Sequence record: KJ190158
Length of the DNA stretch: 64,000 bases
Direction: 5' to 3' (one strand)
Source: Escherichia phage FFH2
The notes below the pieces were generated by a model. It saw only the letters and a program-made list of their open reading frames with translations, searched no databases and was not told the origin of the DNA. Below, in pieces: positions 42,421-49,389 of this stretch (the first letter of the stretch is position 1; the number at the start of each line of letters is the position of its first letter). The translations under genes were made by a program, and so were the position numbers.

Positions 42421-42493
42421 GGCAGGCACCGGTGACGGGGGAGACAACCACCGGGGATGGGCGCTGCATAAAATGAGAACGGTTATCATTATC
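42421..42493 (+). repeat. GC-rich structured element copy 1 plus Fur-box-like motif
   Basis: GGCAGGCACCGGTGACGGGGGAGACAACCACCGGGG... contains the CCGGTG/CACCGG stem. It is followed by GAGAACGGTTATCATTATC (42475-42493). Confidence 0.7.
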
Positions 42494-42518
42494 ATTTAAA
42501 AATTTATGCAAAAAATCC

Positions 42519-42546
42519 TTGCTTTCTTTGTCCTGTGTGATACTAT
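42519..42546 (+). promoter_or_regulatory. plus-strand sigma70-like promoter P2 (extended -10)
   Basis: TTGCTT-16 nt-TGaTACTAT. Confidence 0.45.
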
Positions 42547-42555
42547 AATAACAAG

Positions 42556-42629
42556 CCGGGGCAACAGGGGCCGGGAGACAATCACCGGGCCTGCCCGTTA
42601 TTCTGCAAACGAGAATGATTATCATTCAA
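42556..42629 (+). repeat. GC-rich structured element copy 2 plus Fur-box-like motif
   Basis: CCGGGGCAACAGGGGCCGGGAGACAATCACCGGGCCTGCCCG followed by GAGAATGATTATCATTCAA (42611-42629). Confidence 0.7.
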
Positions 42630-42742
42630 AATTCTAAATGAGAACTCCTCGCATTTAATAAATTTAATTAGCACGCTAATTACACTCCGTAACAATTTAC
42701 TATAAAATAGTATCCACTAAAATATTCCCATATAGAAATTTT

Positions 42743-43200
42743 AAAAATCCATTTCTGAAAACGAAAAATCGATTTCGTCCCTAAAAATTTCAGGCCTAGA
42801 TCCGGAACGATTTCCAGAAAATCCGATTCAGAAAACGAAAAACAGATCGAGTACTGAGAAATTTATCGAGAAAAATTTTCAGAAAATCCAAGCCCTGAAA
42901 TGAAAAGTAGATCGAGTACCTGGAAAGCTGCACCGCAACTTCAAGATAGTGGTTAGATTGTTACCATAGAAGGTCAAGGGTAAGTGGAGGAAGTTCTAGT
43001 AGAGGGAGGTTAGCATGTGTGGGAAATCTATAATGGTGGCCTGGAATATAGTGCAAACGATAGGATGAGTTATTCAGCTTGTCGCGCCTACTCTGAAAAA
43101 TCCATTTTAGTTTTCGATCCATTTTCTGATTTTCTAAGAATTTTAAAATATCCGGCCCGGTGAAATATCAAAAGGAGGAAATCCATTTTAGAAATCCCCC
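42743..43200. repeat. A/T-rich iteron field: three tandem ~65-73-nt units plus inverted copies of (A/G)GAAAATCC
   Basis: Units start at 42743, 42816 and 42881 (AGAAAATCCnnTTCnGAAAAYGAAAAnnAGATCGAGTAC...). Further AAATCCATTTT copies lie at 43095, 43177 and 43190, with inverted copies at 43115-43135. Confidence 0.75.
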
Positions 43201-43231
43201 TTATACTTGATATGCCAGGAATTTTCAAGTA

Positions 43232-43561
43232 TCAGCTGTCTTTGTTTTTAGGTTTGTACATGCGCAGAGGTATGGTCTTTGTAACATTCCATTTCCTCAA
43301 CCCTTCCCAGCTCCAGTTGTGGGCGTGATACCCGGTTATGCATGCACTGCTGGCGTGATCATAAGCATAAGAGAACGCTATGTGCACCAGGTGGGGCCAG
43401 TCCTTCCACGGCTGTGGACCGTAAGCCTTTCTCCAACACCGACACAAACTAATTGTCTCAAGAATAGGGAGAATAACAATTCCATATACCACCACCAGAA
43501 TGGTCAGTGCAATGATTGTCAGGAACACATACCCTGCAGTTGAAATGATGATCTCTGTCAT
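43232..43561 (-). CDS. membrane protein
   Basis: The N-terminal IIISTAGYVFLTIIALTILVVVYGIVILPIL is hydrophobic. Last gene of the 64-to-43-kb minus-strand block. Confidence 0.55.
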   Translation of the reverse strand: MTEIIISTAGYVFLTIIALTILVVVYGIVILPILETISLCRCWRKAYGPQPWKDWPHLVHIAFSYAYDHASSACITGYHAHNWSWEGLRKWNVTKTIPLRMYKPKNKDS

Positions 43562-43761
43562 TTGTCGTCCCCTTTCTTACGAATATAGATGTGAGAGCCT
43601 GCCTGTATATAAATTTCTCGACCATCCTCTGCAAAGATATGAAATACACGATCACCTTCGTACTCGATACGAGATATCTTCATAATGGTCTTTCCACCTG
43701 GGATACGGATCTCGTCCCCCACAGCGATGTTCCATGCAGATTTAAGCTTAAACATCTGCAC
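43558..43761 (-). CDS. hypothetical protein
   Basis: 67-aa ORF overlapping its neighbours by a few nt, consistent with translational coupling. Confidence 0.5.
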   Translation of the reverse strand: MQMFKLKSAWNIAVGDEIRIPGGKTIMKISRIEYEGDRVFHIFAEDGREIYIQAGSHIYIRKKGDDK

Positions 43762-43993
43762 CCTCCTTTGGGAACTTGAACTCTGGCATAGCCATATACG
43801 CTACAACAGGGTTGTGATCAAAGTAGAACTGACCGTTAATTATCCCGGTTTTGTCCACATAGTTACCAGATCCTGCAAGAACAACCTCGCAAGCTCCGAA
43901 ATCCACATTGCCATTCTCATCTGCCATGGCTACAATATACTTTCCTAGAGGCATGTTTTTAACGCCGTCTACAAATGTCCACCCTTTGTTCAT
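43748..43993 (-). CDS. hypothetical protein
   Basis: 81-aa ORF with an AGGAGA SD. Confidence 0.55.
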   Translation of the reverse strand: MNKGWTFVDGVKNMPLGKYIVAMADENGNVDFGACEVVLAGSGNYVDKTGIINGQFYFDHNPVVAYMAMPEFKFPKEGADV

Positions 43994-44014
43994 AACTTTA
44001 TCTCCTGGACTTTC

Positions 44015-44347
44015 TTAAGGTAACCAGTAAACAATTTCGCCTTTCAGTTCCATGTCGTTACCGACATAGATTTTCCAGCCATCCATTTTAGCCACTGCAG
44101 GAGTGAAGTCCGAAGAACCACTAACCTCTTTCCAAGTCCCGTAGTCAGGTTGCCAGATATAGAATCCACCTTCCTTGTCCCATGCTCCATATACCACATC
44201 GAGCAGGTTGCCCATTGCAACAATAGTAGGCCGTGGGAACAATGCATCTACAGATGCGCCACAATATCTAGTATCTTTTAAATTGCACTCCCAAAAGATG
44301 TCTGCCAGTGTGGCGGCGATAGCTTTACGTCTTTCTAATGTTACCAT
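44015..44347 (-). CDS. hypothetical protein
   Basis: 110-aa ORF in the co-oriented array. Confidence 0.55.
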   Translation of the reverse strand: MVTLERRKAIAATLADIFWECNLKDTRYCGASVDALFPRPTIVAMGNLLDVVYGAWDKEGGFYIWQPDYGTWKEVSGSSDFTPAVAKMDGWKIYVGNDMELKGEIVYWLP

Positions 44348-44354
44348 ATCATAC

Positions 44355-44546
44355 TCACTTGTTGTTGATAAGTTCTAAAACTTTCTGTCTTACTTTGTCA
44401 AGGTCTGTGGATTCAAAAACTGTACGATATCCCCAACTTTGCCCATAGGAGTGACTGCAATCCCCGTAGCACCATTGCTCAATTTGATAGTATTCAAGGA
44501 ACGGGTGCTGTCTAACTATGATACCATCCCGGTTAAAAATTACCAT
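44355..44546 (-). CDS. hypothetical protein
   Basis: 63-aa ORF in the co-oriented array. Confidence 0.5.
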   Translation of the reverse strand: MVIFNRDGIIVRQHPFLEYYQIEQWCYGDCSHSYGQSWGYRTVFESTDLDKVRQKVLELINNK

Positions 44547-44609
44547 AATACATCACTCTCTGTTAGTTTATGCATATATTATACACTGCAGTTTTCAGAT
44601 GTCAATCTT

Positions 44610-44804
44610 TTACAGGTTACTCCAGTATAATCGGCATTTACATTTTGGGCAATAAGGTTCTTTTATGTAATAACCATCAGTCTTTGGAACACTTTTTGGT
44701 GCAGTTTTAAGATTGTACCTGGTAAAACATCGGAAGCAGGTTACCTCTCCCACCTGTTGATCGTTGATCCACTCACCAGAGTAAAGCTCTTTCTTGTTTC
44801 TCAT
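44610..44804 (-). CDS. zinc-ribbon protein (64 aa)
   Basis: ATG 44804 is preceded by GGGAGAG. CFRCFTRY...CPKCKC form two Cys pairs. Confidence 0.5.
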   Translation of the reverse strand: MRNKKELYSGEWINDQQVGEVTCFRCFTRYNLKTAPKSVPKTDGYYIKEPYCPKCKCRLYWSNL

Positions 44805-44830
44805 AATTCTCTCCCAAATCCTCTGCAATC

Positions 44831-45001
44831 TTATACCAAAATCTCCAGCCAGAAAGCACACGGGAACACTTTGAGGATTGAATCTTTACTTGGCTCGGAA
44901 GTTCTTTTTCCGTATGGTAGGTAGAAATACCCTCCTGCAGACTCTAACACAGCCCCTTCGGTTGTATCTATCACAGCCAGAATTAAGATTTTAGTCTCCA
45001 T
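44831..45001 (-). CDS. hypothetical protein (56 aa)
   Basis: METKILILAVIDTTEGAVLESAGGYFYLPYGKRTSEPSKDSILKVFPCAFWLEILV with a GAGAGAGGGAG SD. The TTGACA-17-TATAGT promoter (45024-45057) overlaps the macro gene stop. Below the ORF-track cutoff. Confidence 0.5.
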   Translation of the reverse strand: METKILILAVIDTTEGAVLESAGGYFYLPYGKRTSEPSKDSILKVFPCAFWLEILV

Positions 45002-45054
45002 AGTGCTCCCTCTCTCAATCGTTGTGGTGACTATACCATCTCAAAAACCAGCTG

Positions 45055-45513
45055 TCAACACTTTTTGTACTCCACCACGATAATATCCATATCAAAAGTG
45101 GCAAGGTTAATAACGTCCTCTACGTGCTCCCACTTCAAACCGCCTATGCCGCACCCGATCTTAGGGATGTAGAATGGTAAAGTCGATCCACTGAATACCT
45201 CATTGACTAGCTCAAAGCCTTTCAGGATTGAGAAATATTCAGCATTAGGTCCTGGGTAGAACTGAGTATACAGATTGATTCCGTAGACAATACCTCTCGG
45301 AGATAAGTGCTCCCATCGGGAGAACGCACCCAGTTTACTTAGGCAACCATGTCTGGTCTCTTTGTCAGCTGCCAATGCTTGAGGGAACTCACGGGCAATC
45401 TGTTTTGCTATCCCCTTGCCCATTGTGTGGAAGCAGTTACAACCGTGGATCAGGTGACCAGCACCACTCTTAAAAAGGGAGATTAAATCTCCCTCTACAG
45501 TATCAATAATCAC
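45055..45513 (-). CDS. Macro domain (ADP-ribose binding / ADP-ribosylhydrolase) protein
   Basis: VEGDLISLFKSGAGHLIHGCNCFHTMGKGIAKQIAREFP and PKIGCGIGGLKWEHV match the macrodomain GD...N...G.GIA and IG.G.GG motifs. The start is set at GTG 45513 (GAGGAG 11 nt upstream). Confidence 0.75.
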   Translation of the reverse strand: MIIDTVEGDLISLFKSGAGHLIHGCNCFHTMGKGIAKQIAREFPQALAADKETRHGCLSKLGAFSRWEHLSPRGIVYGINLYTQFYPGPNAEYFSILKGFELVNEVFSGSTLPFYIPKIGCGIGGLKWEHVEDVINLATFDMDIIVVEYKKC

Positions 45514-45928
45514 GGTATGCCAGCTCCTCTTCCACAATTTCAAAAAACTCATCCCAACCTTGTGGCATATTTGAGTTACCGAAGTGGCTTTCATAGTAAA
45601 GGTTCTTACCGCTAGGAAGGTAGAAATCTGTTACCTCATAAAATCCACAATCGTCGCACTCACCTTCTTCAAACTTGGCCTTAACCTTAATACCGAGGAA
45701 GGTGAAAAGTTTATGGACATCTTCAGTTTCGAACTCCCAGGGAATGTTGTTTTCCGCATCGGTGTAGAACTGGATCAGCAGACCATTGTCCAGTTTACCA
45801 AAATACTCTGTGAAGTAACTTCCTTCCCAGAAATCTTTATGACAAATAATATCCATGCGTTTGCCCATAATAATGGTGTGAGCGTTTTGGGCATCGTCAC
45901 GAATCAGTTTTGGCATTTCATAGATCAT
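45503..45928 (-). CDS. hypothetical protein
   Basis: 141-aa ORF that overlaps the macro gene start by 11 nt. Confidence 0.55.
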   Translation of the reverse strand: MIYEMPKLIRDDAQNAHTIIMGKRMDIICHKDFWEGSYFTEYFGKLDNGLLIQFYTDAENNIPWEFETEDVHKLFTFLGIKVKAKFEEGECDDCGFYEVTDFYLPSGKNLYYESHFGNSNMPQGWDEFFEIVEEELAYRDY

Positions 45929-45996
45929 CTTAGTTCTCCGGGTTCAACAGGTGGTGGCGCTACAGGAAGATCATAAAACATAGCTATCACAGTCTC

Positions 45997-46194
45997 TTAC
46001 ACAGGAATTGCTTCAAACAGGCCGTTATCTATACCGTCCTTCAGATAGAGATTATATTCTATGTCGGTATCTGTGTAAAGGGCAGCATCCAGCATTCTAT
46101 CTGTGAGTCCATCCATTGGGTGGAGAAACCACCACCCACGCCAGTCAAAGTAACAGCCTGGTGCATCTTCTCTTACACGGATTCGATAAATCAT
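45997..46194 (-). CDS. hypothetical protein
   Basis: 65-aa ORF with a CAGGAGG SD. Confidence 0.5.
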   Translation of the reverse strand: MIYRIRVREDAPGCYFDWRGWWFLHPMDGLTDRMLDAALYTDTDIEYNLYLKDGIDNGLFEAIPV

Positions 46195-46290
46195 GGGCAG
46201 TGGCCTCCTGTTAGTTATACATCCCAGTTTTCTTCGTTCATCACGTCCTCCCGTTCTATGAAGTTATAATTGCACACCTTTCAACCTGTG

Positions 46291-46707
46291 TCAACAGAAA
46301 ACTTCAACAAATTCTTCCACAGTTTTAATGTCGTGGGAAAAAGGTTTACGGCTATAACGGGCAATAGCACTATCAACCACCGCCCGGTACTCTAAATCTT
46401 CAGAGTATTTCATGAAGCATTGTAGCGTCTCTGGACAGATAGCTAAATAGCTCCACCACCCCTCTTCAGATTGGTAGTCGAATCCCATACTCTCCAACCA
46501 TGAAGCGTACACACCTGCACCCTCTAGCCAGTGGGTATTTTCATCAAGAAATTTATTCACCGACATGTGTGCTTCCAGGCACTCGTCAAGCTCTTTTCCG
46601 TTAACCAGCCATGCACTGACTGTGGCGCATCCGAGGTCTACAGATTGAGTTGACAGGTTGTATTGGTCATAGTTCTCAGGTTTAACAATGATATCTTCTA
46701 ATGTCAT
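46291..46707 (-). CDS. hypothetical protein
   Basis: 138-aa ORF with an AAGGAGA SD right after a terminator. Confidence 0.55.
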   Translation of the reverse strand: MTLEDIIVKPENYDQYNLSTQSVDLGCATVSAWLVNGKELDECLEAHMSVNKFLDENTHWLEGAGVYASWLESMGFDYQSEEGWWSYLAICPETLQCFMKYSEDLEYRAVVDSAIARYSRKPFSHDIKTVEEFVEVFC

Positions 46708-46723
46708 TTTTCAGATCTCCTTA

Positions 46724-46754
46724 TACAAAAATGCCCCACCCTTTCGGGCAGGGC
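46724..46754 (-). terminator. rho-independent terminator (same 22-nt stem-loop as at 58453)
   Basis: Minus strand: GCCCTGCCC-gaaa-GGGTGGGGC followed by ATTTTT. Confidence 0.75.
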
Positions 46755-46769
46755 TATGTTAACTAGATG

Positions 46770-47996
46770 TTAAAACGGTATGTCATCATCAAAGGCGTAC
46801 TGTGCTGGATTCTGATCCATCGGGTCATCTTCCTCATCATTTACAGGAGGAGCGTCTACAGTGTTTTGCTGTGGAGCTGCTTCCTGTTTGGCAGCCTGAG
46901 GTTCTTGATGGTCAGTTGACCCAGCACCGTTCTTGATCCAATCGTACAACGGCTCAGCCAGATTAGTCAAGACATCTTTTGCTTCTGCAGTAATTGCCAC
47001 TGCAAAATCATCAACTTTCGTTTTCTTGTCAATACGGCGACAAGCGTTCAACACCGCATTACCGACACTGGCACCTACTTCATCTTCAGTTCGGTTGGTG
47101 GCTTGAGCATACTCTTTCTTAAGCTCAATGGTGACTACGTGCAGTGTTTTAGCCACTCCCAGTGGGTCGTCTACCTTAAACCCGCGATCCAGGATGATCT
47201 GCAACGCATTGATGCTATGCCCCGTTTCCACACCGATAGGGTCGTAAGAGGATTTACGCTTGCCACCAGATCCTTGAGTGCCGTTCTCTGCCTTAGGGGG
47301 ATAGGCCTTGAAACCACTGATAATGTTTCCGGTGTCTTTGTCAACAATGGCTGCAACACGACCACCTACCACCAGGTCTTTAAGCTGCTCATCAGTTACA
47401 ACCATAGCACCTTCGCCAATCTTGTGGTCATTAACAGTAACCACGTTGCCAACAATCTGAGTCACATCACCATAGATGCGTAAAACGTCCTGATTGGCAT
47501 TCTGCTGAGGTTTCTGCTTCTGGCCTTGTGATTGTGCACCTTGTTGCTGTTTTTGCTGCTGAGTCGCTGCTGGAGCCTCTCCTGCACCCAGCTTAACCAT
47601 CTTAGCCAGTGAGCCCTTGTAATAGGTCTTACCGTTATGCTCGTTTGCCTTCAAAGGGATATTTACGATCCATCCTGGCGTTACGGTTTCCCACTTGTCA
47701 TCAATCTTAACAGAGACAGAGTCTTGATGACCTGGTTTAAGCAGCTTATCACCCATGCTGATCCAGACTTCTTCACCACCTTGAAGCAGGTTATCAGAGG
47801 AATCCAGTTCAGAAATCAGTAAAGAGATGGTGTGGCTGGATTCAATTTTCTTACCTTGCCACACAGTGGTTTTAATACCTGTTGTAGGATCAGCACCTTT
47901 AATAGGCTTGATGCTAACACGTTTAATCATGCCGTGAGCTAGTAAAACAGTTTCACGCGGATTCATTGGGTTAGCGAATTGTTGAATAACGCTCAT
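46770..47996 (-). CDS. single-stranded DNA-binding protein (atypical, 408 aa)
   Basis: The C terminus ...AQYAFDDDIPF has the same last six residues as E. coli SSB. A Gln/Gly-rich linker (QQQKQQQGAQSQGQKQKPQQ) separates beta-rich domains. The gene lies in the replication module. Confidence 0.7.
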   Translation of the reverse strand: MSVIQQFANPMNPRETVLLAHGMIKRVSIKPIKGADPTTGIKTTVWQGKKIESSHTISLLISELDSSDNLLQGGEEVWISMGDKLLKPGHQDSVSVKIDDKWETVTPGWIVNIPLKANEHNGKTYYKGSLAKMVKLGAGEAPAATQQQKQQQGAQSQGQKQKPQQNANQDVLRIYGDVTQIVGNVVTVNDHKIGEGAMVVTDEQLKDLVVGGRVAAIVDKDTGNIISGFKAYPPKAENGTQGSGGKRKSSYDPIGVETGHSINALQIILDRGFKVDDPLGVAKTLHVVTIELKKEYAQATNRTEDEVGASVGNAVLNACRRIDKKTKVDDFAVAITAEAKDVLTNLAEPLYDWIKNGAGSTDHQEPQAAKQEAAPQQNTVDAPPVNDEEDDPMDQNPAQYAFDDDIPF

Positions 47997-48361
47997 TATT
48001 TGTCTCCTTGTTCTTCGTTAGTGCTTGCCGTGTGTGCGAACCCTGCTTGAATTAATTTGTCCTGAACTTGAGCCAACAGGCCCATTGCAAAACTTGTGGT
48101 CCCAGAGAGGGCCATCAGCATATCCCGTTGTTGAGCTACCCAACCTAAGGCATAGTCCAAACGACGATATTTTTCTTCTTCACGCAGAGCCTGAAATAAT
48201 TGTTCAGCCTCCGGTTGTTGTGTGAGCTCCTGAAGTCTTCCCATGAAAGAAGAAAGCACTAGCAAAAGAGACACTTGATCTTTACTTAACCCTAAGAAAA
48301 ATTCTTGAGGTTGTTCTTGCTCGTTCATCGCAACCGACTCTTGATCGTTCATTTGTTCCAT
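47996..48361 (-). CDS. hypothetical protein
   Basis: 121-aa ORF whose stop overlaps the SSB start. Confidence 0.55.
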   Translation of the reverse strand: MEQMNDQESVAMNEQEQPQEFFLGLSKDQVSLLLVLSSFMGRLQELTQQPEAEQLFQALREEEKYRRLDYALGWVAQQRDMLMALSGTTSFAMGLLAQVQDKLIQAGFAHTASTNEEQGDK

Positions 48362-48444
48362 TATGGAATCTCCGATTTTATTTGAACAACATAGAAGGAG
48401 ACACTATTTTAGCATCCCCTTCTGTAAATTACAATAGGTATTTG

Positions 48445-48690
48445 TTAGCCAATCACTTCGAAAGTTCCCCAATTCCCGTCCAGCAGGCAGGTGATCGGAT
48501 CCCCATCGTCGTCAAAGATTTCAAAGTTTTCAGCATCCAGGATGTGGCCCTCGAACACAATACTTTCGTCGCCACCACCAGAGATAACAGCGTATTCCTT
48601 ACCTTGAGTCAAGTTTTGACACCCTTTGCCACCAAAACCTACTTCAACACAACGTACTTTCTGTCCTGCGCGAGCAACTACTTCAGTCAT
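48445..48690 (-). CDS. hypothetical protein
   Basis: 81-aa ORF with an AGGAGA SD. Confidence 0.55.
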   Translation of the reverse strand: MTEVVARAGQKVRCVEVGFGGKGCQNLTQGKEYAVISGGGDESIVFEGHILDAENFEIFDDDGDPITCLLDGNWGTFEVIG

Positions 48691-48707
48691 CTTAAGGTCT
48701 CCTGATA

Positions 48708-49028
48708 TTAATCGTCAAGTTCAAAATAGATTTTAACAGCTTCATCGAAGATTGGAATCCCGATGTTGTTGATAAGCTGCCAAACTACCATATCTTTACC
48801 TGGATCTGGGAGAATGTCAACCTTTCTCCATGCGCTGTATACCCAGTTCGGACCGCCTTCTGCACTAACTGGCAGATTTTCACCAGCCTCCTGTAGATAC
48901 TTATACAGCAAAAGATATTCTGGATACTCCAGAACACTGTCCTCTGTAGTATATAGCAGTTCACGGTATACTTTTAAGAACCCTGCTGGGGTGATGTTTT
49001 CAGTCTTCATTTGCTGCTTCTCCTGCAT
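48708..49028 (-). CDS. hypothetical protein
   Basis: 106-aa ORF in the co-oriented array. Confidence 0.55.
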   Translation of the reverse strand: MQEKQQMKTENITPAGFLKVYRELLYTTEDSVLEYPEYLLLYKYLQEAGENLPVSAEGGPNWVYSAWRKVDILPDPGKDMVVWQLINNIGIPIFDEAVKIYFELDD

Positions 49029-49389
49029 TCATCAGATCTGCCATAGCGTCACCCACGAAGAGAACAACCACATCGTTTACCGCGTCAGCATCATCTTTGT
49101 TGACGTTGCTGAATTTAGGACACACAGCAATAATCATATAGACACCGTTACCCACCTGAACTGTCCGTGTGGTGCACATCATGGCGGTATTTGTGCCTTC
49201 TTTGAAGGCGAAGCCTTGAAGACGCTCCTCTAGAGTGTTACCGGTAGACTTCAGAAGCGCCAGCTCGTCCAAGGCATAGATGATATCTCCGGAAGTTAGT
49301 GTTGCCTTGCCATCAGACACCATAATCACTCCATCAGCACCGTCAAGCTTAGAGGCTTCAAAGATATCAATATCCCAAATATTTTTCAT
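49000..49389 (-). CDS. hypothetical protein
   Basis: 129-aa ORF whose start overlaps the upstream stop. Confidence 0.55.
   Translation of the reverse strand: MKNIWDIDIFEASKLDGADGVIMVSDGKATLTSGDIIYALDELALLKSTGNTLEERLQGFAFKEGTNTAMMCTTRTVQVGNGVYMIIAVCPKFSNVNKDDADAVNDVVVLFVGDAMADLMNAGEAANED

Noticed and set aside
42421-42467. A known riboswitch or ribozyme. ACCACCGGGGA resembles part of the ZTP/pfl motif, and GGGGAGA...GACAA faintly resembles the yybP-ykoY and guanidine motifs.
   Set aside because: The other invariant segments are missing or in the wrong order. One example is the 3' CCGCCUGGGC pseudoknot strand placed after the hairpins. There is also no downstream gene for a riboswitch to regulate.
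42347-42625. ORFs inside the noncoding islands: 42347-42625 (minus, 92 aa), 29397-29585 (plus), 30594-30869 and 30908-31096 (minus), and 41979-42257 (plus).
   Set aside because: They have no SD. Their sequences are dominated by repeats and hairpins (for example, runs encoded by GC-rich stems), and nothing suggests conserved protein features. They are better explained as chance ORFs in noncoding DNA, although only ribosome profiling could exclude small proteins.
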